DNA of 64,000 nt from Octopus sinensis (Eukaryota). Below, piece by piece: positions 54,575 to 64,000 of the stretch. Every line of letters starts with the position of its first letter. Position 1 is the stretch's first letter. The DNA lies in the NCBI RefSeq assembly GCF_006345805.1, contig NC_043018.1, forward strand, positions 13,888,001 to 13,952,000, read 5' to 3'. The notes under the pieces were generated by a model. That model was not told the DNA's origin. It saw nothing but the letters and a program-made list of their open reading frames with translations, and did not search any database. The translations under genes were made by a program, and so were the position numbers.

Positions 54575-54940
54575 CTTTTCTACTCTAGGCACAAGGCCCG
54601 AAATTTTTGGGAAGGGATTAAGTCGATTAGATCGACCCCTGTACGCAACTGGCACTTAGTTTATCGAACCCCGAAAAGATGAAAGGTACAGTCGACCTCG
54701 GCGGAATTTGAACTAAGAACGTAGCGGCAGACGAAATACCTATTCTTTACTACCCACAAGGGGCTAAACACGGAGAGGACAAAGAAGGACAGACAAACGG
54801 ATCAAGTCGATTACATCGACCCCGAAAGGATGAAAGGTAAAGTCGACTTCAGCGGAATTTGAACTCAGAACGTAACGGCAGACGAAATACTGCTAAGCAT
54901 TTCGCCCGGTGTCCTAACGATTCTGCCAGCTCGCCGCCTT
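54575..54940 (-). mobile_element. SINE family B dimer
   Basis: Junction gaaatacctattcttt at 54733-54748. Confidence 0.85.
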
Positions 54941-54971
54941 AGAATCTTTATATAATATAAAAGCGATAATG

Positions 54972-55150
54972 CGAAATGTTTAGCGGTATTTCACCCGACT
55001 TTACGTTCTTAGTTCAAATTCCGCCTAGGTCGGTTTTGTCTTTCAACCTTTCAGGGGTCGATAAATTAAGTACCAGTTGCGTAATGGGGTCAATATAATC
55101 GACAGGACTCCTCCCTAAAAATTTCGGGCCTTGTGCCTAGAGTAGAAAAG
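54972..55150 (+). mobile_element. SINE family B, inverted relative to 54575
   Basis: Tail aaaaatttcgggccttgtgcctagagtagaaaa. Confidence 0.8.
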
Positions 55151-55239
55151 AGTATAAGAGAGATAATATAATCTAAGAGAGATAATCAGAGAAAGAATCG
55201 AAGAAGTTCATGTAAAGTAGAGTAAATATTACAAATAAT

Positions 55240-55430
55240 CTAGAATCCTTTTCCGGTACCAGATCGATCCCAAAATGGAATCAGTTCGAGCCAGCCACGA
55301 GGCCGAACATGCATGAAAAGTTTCATCCGAATCTATCCAGCGGTTCTTGAGATAGTTTGTCCACGGACAAACAAACAAACAAACACGACTGAAAACAATA
55401 CCTCCGCCTTCGCTAATGTGGAGGTAATAA
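55240..55430 (+). mobile_element. Helentron/DINE-like non-autonomous element, 3' part
   Basis: aagtttcatccgaatctatccagcgg..., (CAAA)n, terminal hairpin tacctccgc/gtggaggta (55399-55426). Confidence 0.6.
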
Positions 55431-55794
55431 TTGGGCTGGATATGACCGGTTTAAATGCTAAGTGGCTTAGGGGAAATTCGAAAAAGGAACAGCATATTTT
55501 TCATCGGTCGTACCAGAGAAGTAGTTAATGCATGCTAAATCACGAGTGGTCCATTATTTGCATGGACGATTGTAAAAATTGTTGTTAATTTGATAAATTA
55601 ACCCGGAGCGAAATTTGATGCAGCGAAAATGCTTAAGGGATATTTGAAGAGAACTTTGCTTGCAGAAGAAATTGTTTCATTTACTGGGAAGACAGAAGTG
55701 AAGAAAAAACGAAAAGAAATATAGGATAGATAATAAAATATTGAAATGATATCGACAAGTATCGATTGTTTAACAAGAGAGGAAATTGGAAGTC

Positions 55795-55883
<89 letters not shown>

Positions 55884-55915
55884 TGAGAGAGAGAGTGCGA
55901 TAAGTAATTATGTAA

Positions 55916-55958
<43 letters not shown>

Positions 55959-56073
55959 AATATACAAGTTATACGTAGATATTGGAAACTTAATATGGCG
56001 TACATAAAAAATTAAATGCAAATGTGGATTTATCAAATAAAATTTTCTACGCTTTAATATAATGGAGGTGAGC

Positions 56074-56301
56074 AAGGCGGCGAGCTGGCAGAATCGTTAG
56101 CACGCCGGACGAAATGCTTTGTGGTATTTCGTCCGCCGCTGCGTTCTGAGTTCAAATTCCGCCGAGGTCGACTTTGCCTTCCATCCTTTCGGGGTCGATA
56201 AATTAAGTACCAGTTATGCACTAGGGTCGATGTAATCGACTTATTCCCTTTGTCTGTCCTTATTTGTCCTCTCTGTGTTTAGCCCCTTGTGTGTAGTAAA
56301 G
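56074..56301 (+). mobile_element. SINE family B, full-length monomer
   Basis: aaggcggcgagctggcagaatcgttagcacgccgg...ttctgagttcaaattccgcc...tttagccccttgtg. Confidence 0.9.
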
Positions 56302-56305
56302 TGTT

Positions 56306-56738
56306 AAGTGCAGAATCTGTGGACAAAATGGTGAAACTATATGGCATATAATCAGTTAATGTACGCTAGTGGCCCAGAAAGAATATAAAAGGCGAAATGA
56401 CAATATAGCTAGGATTGTCCATCGGACACTTTGCAACAAGTATGGACTTGGGAGAGCAAAATAGTGATACGAACATAAGCCGGAAGGCATCATCGAAAAT
56501 AATAATGCAAAGCTCCATATGAGATTTTATGATTCAGTGCGACCATGGGATGGAGAATAGGAAATTAGACATAGGGTTAATTGAGAAAGAAAGCAAACGA
56601 TGCTGGATCTTAGATATAGCATGTCCAGCTGACAACAAGGTATGCGAGAAGGACGAAAGAAAAGTCGATAGATATGACAAGTTAGCTTGGGCGTTTAAGC
56701 AGTTGCGTTCGCTGAAAAAGGTCGCAGTAGTACCGTAG
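56306..56738 (+). mobile_element. R4-clade LINE fragment: CCHC knuckle and PD-(D/E)xK endonuclease
   Basis: KCRICGQNGETIWHIIS*C..QKEYKRRND..DFMIQCDH..RKLDI..LDIACPADNKV..KVDRYDKL. Confidence 0.88.
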
Positions 56739-56917
56739 TGTCTCTGGTACTACCAATGTGAACATATTGTTGTGTACCCGGAACCATGTGCTTAGGAAAC
56801 AAGCTTGTTACCACACAGTCACGCCTGTGCTTATACATACATACATACGTGACCTCGTGTGTACCGTTGGCGTTTTTTCCCTCTGTCTTCCCTTCTCTGG
56901 ATCTTTCCTTCTCCTAT

Positions 56918-56952
56918 GTTTCCGACGAAGAGCTTTGCTCGAAACGTTAAAC
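56918..56952 (+). ncRNA. Minimal hammerhead motif (U4C variant, no stem-III loop)
   Basis: gttt-CCGACGA-a-gagc ttt gctc-GAAA-cg-TT-aaac, inside a module (56860-57050) that ends in (TA)n. Confidence 0.55.
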
Positions 56953-57047
56953 CCTCCTTCTTTCCTTCTTTCCTGAGCGTCCAATAATACTGTATTTGTT
57001 CCACGTCCTCGCGTTGGTGTGTTTTTTTTGTGCTTTCTTGTTTGGAT

Positions 57048-57114
<67 letters not shown>

Positions 57115-57189
57115 CTGGTCACATTGCGCTGAGCATCGATTTAGCTTTTGAATAATGCCAACCCGCTGGCTAATCGAGTTGGCTAAAAT

Positions 57190-57345
57190 TTCCCCTGATC
57201 GGAAAGGTTTACCCATTTACACTGAATAGACTGGAGCAATCTGAAATATAATGTTATGCTCAAGAACGCAACGTGCCTCCAGATCCGGGAGTCGAACCTG
57301 ACAGTCTAGCGATGGTGAGTGCAACAGGTACTCTAGGCTACACGC
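57190..57345 (-). mobile_element. SINE family D, diverged
   Basis: gactggagcaatctgaaat...gctcaagaacgcaacg...gagtcgaacc. Confidence 0.55.
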
Positions 57346-58074
57346 ATATACATGTGTGTGTACACATGCACTCACACACACGTACACAATCGACGTTACC
57401 AGACTGTGATTAAAGATATAGAAATAATTTCAAACCAAACCGAAACGTACAGACACCCTAACTACAGCCATGTTCTACCGCTTACACGTGCCGCAACATG
57501 CACGTCTTCTGTCAAAAAAGAAAACAAAGAAATGTGTCCCTCACACACTATCTTCAAATGATTATTTCACAGCAAAATACAGCATATTCATTTTCGATAC
57601 TCCGTGAATGATGAAGAAGAAAAAAAAGAAAACTACGTGAATGTTAATGATGTCAATGAGATGATTCTGGCAAATCAGTTGATTGATTGATCGATCGATC
57701 AAACGATTAGTGAAGGAATCGATTATACAATTCATTCGTTAGTTAACTAGTTGACTATGATAATAAAGAGAAAAATAAAGAAAGAGAACCAATGAGTGTA
57801 ATTTTATTGGCAAAAGTAATCCTCCCCAGGTACAACAGCTGTTTCAACGCACGATTTCACATCAAGAGTCTGGCAAGAAAAAAAAGCAAAATGAATATGT
57901 ATGCATATACATACATATACACAGTTATACACACACATATGTAAGTATGTGTCTATGTATATATATATATATATATAATATATATATATGCATCTCTCTC
58001 CGTCTCTCTCTCTATATATATATTATATATATATATTATATATATGTATATATATGTATGTATAAGTAAGTATA

Positions 58075-58128
<54 letters not shown>

Positions 58129-58243
58129 TTTATATATATGTGTCTTATGTATATTCTATATGTCTGATATATCCGTATATGTGTGTATGTGCATACGTGC
58201 GTATGTGTGTGTGTCTGCATGTCGGTGTGTATGTATAAACAAA

Positions 58244-58325
<82 letters not shown>

Positions 58326-59400
58326 GAATATATATATGAATATATGCATATACGGATACAAATATGCACATGAGTACGTCAATAGGTGGATCGATACATT
58401 GATAATTACAGCAGTAGATAAGATACCAAGATAAATAATACAATTAGTAGACAAGTTGTACGTCGAGAGATAAAGGCTTTAACCGATACGTTACATAATG
58501 CATTAAATTGACGGCAAAAGGGGGACGATGATAAAATGATGAAATACCGGAAAATGCTTTTTGATACAATTTTTTCGATAAATTTCAATGATTTTTCCAT
58601 AAAAAAATATTTTGCTTTCCATTGTTTTTGTACGTTGTATTGTGTTTGTTTATATTTCGAGAGTTACTTTCTGGTCATAATATTTCGTACTTTGCTTTTT
58701 TTTTTTTTTTTTTTTTGGCATCATTGAAATTTGGTAATAGATTTCAGTCGTTAAAATCTTATTTGTTATGAATACAGAGATAGAGTTAGTAATGTGAAGT
58801 GCTACTTTATCATAAACCATATCGAGAATGAATTCTAAGTAGGTTTAGAAATCAACTGAAAGGGAATGAAAATTGGAAAGGAAATAACTCAAAGAAATGG
58901 ATACAATACAGATTTAAAAGATTTAAAAGAACGTAAAATAAAAAGAAAATTGAAAGCAAAATGTTTTTTTCTTCTCATTTTTGTTATATTGTTTCACCCA
59001 GAAAACGAAATTAAATGAAGTTGAGCTGTTATTATTTGATTTCAGGAAGTGTTTCTGCATATATTTACATGCATTTATATGTACGTAAGTACAGGTATAT
59101 ATTTATACACACGCACATACACACACATGTGTACAAATATGGGCGCACACACACACACGCGCACACAGCCGCATGAGTAAGAAGAATTGCGTAAACAAAT
59201 TCATTACGTAATTCTTGTTCCCCTGTCGATCAATATTTTATATTACGTATTGTACTCGTCGAACGCTTTATCTCGAAGCACAGGTGTGTTGAGTTCTAAC
59301 AGCAGGTTACTAGTAATACCTAAGCGTTATGCCTAAGTGAAATCATTATATATATACACATTCATACAGGAAGTAAATAGACACATTTCATTTACAAAAT

Positions 59401-59589
59401 CAGAAATATTAAATTTCTAAATATCTCATAGAGATATGTACGGTGGTGGGGCGATAGAATGGTTGTATACTGTCAATTTAACGTGACAGTAGGGGATTAC
59501 ACCACCGCTGTTTAGCCCTAGGAAGTTTAGTTTACATATATATATGTAATCCTATAGTGTCACGTTAAATTGACAGTATACAACCATTC
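59401..59589. repeat. Asymmetric fold-back element, copy 3 (reverse orientation)
   Basis: Inverted arms at 59457-59488 and 59559-59589. Confidence 0.75.
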
Positions 59590-59599
59590 CATTTACAAA

Positions 59600-60010
59600 A
59601 TCTTTTATTTGATAGTAATTGATTGAAGGAGAGGTTTTCTTCGAGCTACTCGTCCATAATATCCAAGCTTATGCAGATATGTAACACACGTTCTTGGATT
59701 AACTTCCAGCTGTTTTCCAAAGTCAGAAGCCTTCGAACGTGGTTCGTTTTCCACAATTCTCTTCAAACAGTGAATCTTCCCTTCCGAGGGCCCAGGTCAG
59801 CCGGGACGATAATATGTTGATTCTTTTCTTTGACTTTTGAATTGCACTATAATTCTATTAACAGTAGCAAGAGGAATTTGAAGATTTTCGGCAATTTTCC
59901 GCTGGCTAAGTCCAGCCACAGATTGCCCAACAATACAACTTCTTTAAAAATCTGACAGTTCTGCTGAATTTTTTGTGCGTGGCATGGTCACCCTTCGCAA
60001 ATGTTTAATA
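59600..60010 (-). mobile_element. Tc1 transposase N-terminal half
   Basis: ATG at 59985: [80 protein letters not shown]. Confidence 0.8.
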
Positions 60011-60014
60011 TAAT

Positions 60015-60680
60015 GGCACTTGACATTTTCCTGAGATGCCTATTTTTCCTTACCGGGTACCAGTCTGTCAAAAAGGGGCGCGAGAACGAAGAGAAGAACA
60101 AATATCCACTCGGGGTTTGTGATTGGCTTCAGACAAATCATGAAGCACCCATATTCCGAATTTTAGAACGTTTCCATGCTGATGAAGAAGGCGGTGAGCA
60201 GTTGTATGGCTTGAGCGAAGCTTTTTTGCCAATTCATCAACTTAAACTGCATGATCTTTTTCAAGTTCTGCCAATTGGTGCTTCACATCAAACTCAATTG
60301 GTCGTCCTGTTCGATCTTCATCTTCAAGGCTGAAATCTCCACTTCTGAATTTTACAAACCATCTGCAATTTCTTTCATTCGGGCACTTTCTCCATAAGCT
60401 GAGTGAATATTTCGAGTCGCTTCAGCTCCTCCAGTGTCCCCATTTTTAAACTCATAAAGCATTGTGTGCCTCAAATGACTCTTAGACAGTTTCCTATTTG
60501 AAGAACTATAATTAGTGAAGTTTCAATTAAATTATACTTCAAAATGAAATTTAATGAGTTTAAATATGTCCAAATACATACAGATGTTACGTGATGCCAT
60601 TACATATTCTAAAATACTGTTGAAGGGTATACGGGTTGAAAATATAGAAGTACGGACATTACTTATGGGATAATCGGATA
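60015..60680 (-). mobile_element. mariner 5' half with left TIR
   Basis: TIR tatccgattatcccataagtaatg; SKSHLRHTMLYEFKNG..FRSGDFSLEDEDRTGRP..FL.RLVPGKEK*. Confidence 0.85.
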
Positions 60681-61065
60681 GGTATTACCTCTCGTTATTA
60701 ATTCTGCCTCTGTTGCTAATATACATTTTTTAAGAAGCTCCACTGACTAATCGTGACCCCAGCTCCCGTTCTGGCACTGCTATCCTATATATCGCTGGCG
60801 AGGGATGAATCGCTGCTACCTCAAGCGTCCATCACTAACAAGACCAAGAAAGGTCGAAATCACGTGACCTGATGGTCTCGGCGCTGGAGGTGGTGAGGTT
60901 TTACCTTCCTGCTAGCGATGTAAACAAGAGGGCATTTTTGCACCAAAACATATGAGAGTTTCTCTCATGGTAACTACGGAGTATATTTTGTTCTAACAGG
61001 ACAACCACGTTTAAGGGAGGATAAATATACTTACATGCATACACATACAAACAGACATGCATACC

Positions 61066-61460
61066 TACCTACCTACCTACCTACCTACCTACCTATCGGC
61101 CTACCTACCTACCTATCGACCTACCTACCTACCTACCTACACACATACCTACCTACCTACTTACCTACCTATCGACCTACCTACCTACCTACCTACCTAC
61201 CTACCTACCTACCTACCCAACTACCTACTTACCTACCTATCGACCTACCTACCTACCTACCTACCTAATTACCTACCTACCTACCTACCTACCTATCGAC
61301 CTACCTACCTACCTACCTACCTACCTACCTATCGACCTACCTACCTACCTACCTACCTACCTACCTACCTACCTACCTATCGACCGACCTACCTACCTAC
61401 CTACCTACCTACCTACCTACCTACCTACCTACATACATACATACATACATACATACATAC
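61066..61460. repeat. (CCTA)n array punctuated by atcgac, ending in (CATA)n
   Basis: Direct reading. Confidence 0.95.
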
Positions 61461-62609
61461 ATGATGTAAACATAGTTTCACAACTGTCTTAAATATTCTG
61501 TGAATTGTTGATATTTTGTTGAATACGCGTTAAATGCCCTTTGATATGCCACTGCTTGCGCCATAGTGTTATATATAAGTGTATGAGTAATACCTACAAA
61601 TATTCTACCGAAACATATATCTGGTCCTAAATTCCTTTCAGGCACGCTTACTTAGCCCTCTCTCTAACACTTAGCCTTAATTTTCTATGCACTGCTAATT
61701 TACATTGACCACCCTACGGAAAATATATATCTCATACCTCCTGGTCCATCATTAAAACTAGAAAATAATATTAGAGAAGTCTGATAACATGTAATTTTTT
61801 TTCTGCAGGGTATTTTGCGAAAGCATACGTCAGAATATAAGTATTCATCTAAATACAGAGGGAGCTGTAATCACCTCCTTCCGCTATTAATTTCACAAAA
61901 CGTTTTTCTTTTACCACTCATCGATCTGCTCAAATTGATCAATATAATTTTAAGTAATTGCTTATTTCAAAATTTAGCTTCCTCTCCTCGCTTCTAAATT
62001 TTTCCCGAATATATTATCTTATATTTAACTTCATGGTTTAGTTTCTTAAGGAATATAATTTGCCTATTTTTGAGCGTTAATTTAAACTTTGTTTAAAATC
62101 TGCTTTCAGGTACACATATAATTTAATTTTATTTCAAATTATCCAATTAGCTTTAGCATTCTCCAGTAATCGGTTCTTTTCATCGTTTGCACACTACGCT
62201 GTAGTTTGTCTTTATCTCTTTTATTTCACGCCACACCTTTCTTTATCAATACGAGGAGTTCATATTAGATGCGTTCAATAGCAAGTTTCTTCTTCATACT
62301 CTGTTTTTGACTGCTTCTCTGCCTTGATTATGACGGCTTTAAGCCATTTGTTTACCCTACACTACGCTTCTCAGTTCCTAGTTTTATAACACTTCCTTGT
62401 AGAAGGACAGCCTTCTTACACTAACGAACAAGCCTTCTCATTTGTCCTTCCTGTCTCTATCACCCCTACTATACATTTATACCATTTTTATCCTCTATTA
62501 CCTCGCCACCTACAATCGGTTTCCGTCTCACACTTCACGTTTCTATGCCTAGCTAACACACTTCTCCTGGCTTTTGTTTATTGTCCCATCTCTCTCTCTT
62601 CCTTCTATA

Positions 62610-63245
62610 TTCTTTTCTACTCTAGGCACAAGGCCTGAAATTTTTGGGGAGGAGACCAGTCGATTAGATCGACCGCAGTACCCAACTGGTACTTAATTTA
62701 TCGACACCGATAGGATGAAATGCAAAGTCGACCTGGGCGAAATTTGCACTCAGAACATAAAGACAGACGAAATACCGGTAAGCATTACGGCCGGCGTGCT
62801 AACATTTCTGCCAGCTGGCCACCTCATATATTCCTTATATATTAACCCATCTTTTACTCCATGCCTTGCATTTTCCATCTAATTTCACAATGCCAGTATC
62901 TTACCTTGAATATTATCCGCTCGTGGTATTTTCCAATTAGCCTTCTGAAGATAGTGTTCTCTGTTAGACACCAAAGTGTTAACATTCATGTGCGTTGGTA
63001 ATATGTTTGCTTTTATAATTTTGAGTAATGTTGGTTTTAAATTTTGACTCAAGGCCAGCAATTTTAGGGGGGGAGCTTAGTCGATAACATCGATCTCAGT
63101 GCGCAACTGGTACTTATTTTATCGACCTTCAAATGATGGAGGGCAAAGTCGAGCATGGCGGAATTTGAACTCAAAGCTTAAGGACGAACGAAATGCCTGT
63201 AAACCTGTCACCCGGCGTGCTAATGATTCTATCAGTTCGCTACCT
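62610..63245 (-). mobile_element. Two SINE family B copies (62610-62825, 63045-63245)
   Basis: Core and head motifs in reverse complement. Confidence 0.8.
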
Positions 63246-63366
63246 TAATGCTTTTAACATCGCTGCATAATGTATATTTGGCAGGATATGCATTAAAATA
63301 TCAACCTATCACTGAAAATTCGAAGCGTTGTAAAGTTATATATACATCATGTGAATATACGTAACA

Positions 63367-63755
63367 TCTCTCTCTATATAAACGGCAGTTTGTCTGTCTG
63401 CGTGTCTGTGTGTCTGTTAGGTTGTACCCTCACCCTGACCATGGTTTTCAACCGATTCTGATGAAACTTGACACACACATAGCCCAATGTCATAATTCAA
63501 AACTAACGCAGCGAAAATTTTGAAAAGTTCCCCCAGTTCTGAAAAAAATCGATAAATTCGACATGGGGTCGAGAATCAGAAACACAAACCACAGACTGTC
63601 TAAGGGATGCAACTCGACCTTTTTAACTCTCAAAAAAAAAAATTACCATAATTTTTTTCCCCATTTTTTTTTGCTATTTTTTGGCTATAACTCTCTAAAA
63701 ATGCTTTATAGTTATTTTCCTTACAAACCCGAGCAACGCCGGGCGATGCTGCTAG
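63367..63755 (+). mobile_element. Non-autonomous Helitron
   Basis: Starts A|TC, ends CTAG|T; subterminal hairpin cccg agcaacgc cggg (63728-63743); short (TGTC)n near the 5' end. Confidence 0.8.
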
Positions 63756-64000
63756 TCTCATATAAATGGCTTCCTTGCAACGATGGCTGTTTACCCATCT
63801 TCTGTATTTGATATCTACTCGAATTTTGTCTCTTTTAGTCATCTCGTATTCTGACGTACTTTAATTTCAAAAGTTAGTGTTTAAGAATTCCATTCCTCCG
63901 AGCTATAACACGGTGCGTCACTGTACGATACTTGCACCAGCAACTTTACTCAGCCATAACCAAACACAAACACATATACATACACATACAATTACACAAA

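Noticed and set aside
61500-62600. Purine-rich minus-strand tract resembling a very old LINE
   Set aside because: Too many stops; no motif can be secured without a profile search.
63458-63470. ctgatgaaac motif
   Set aside because: No stem II; it is part of the ordinary Helitron body.

Overview
AT-rich, repeat-saturated animal genomic DNA with a 100-N gap at 16402-16501. The tRNA-headed SINE families and dense microsatellites suggest an Octopus genome (inference from recalled repeat sequence, not a search). I recognise no host protein-coding exon. Almost all listed ORFs are microsatellite translations or pieces of decayed transposons, so the window reads as intergenic or deep intronic. Contents: two decayed Penelope-like elements (RT + GIY-YIG), two Tx1/L1-clade LINE fragments, an RTE RT fragment, six R4/Dong-clade fragments, several mariner relics, a Tc1 fragment, a non-autonomous Helitron, a Helentron/DINE-like element, a hAT MITE, and copies of four SINE families (labelled A-D here). 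Best lead: four different minimal type-I hammerhead ribozyme motifs (1486, 8963, 13757, 56918). One lies in a Penelope tail; the other three lie in short non-coding modules that abut (TA)n tracts, a candidate non-autonomous ribozyme-bearing retroelement system. Other leads: R4/Dong 3' ends sitting in (TAA)n, a SINE with three interchangeable tails, an unclassified asymmetric fold-back family, and a 32-bp hairpin with strand-biased G-U pairing. Repeat boundaries were read by eye and are approximate.
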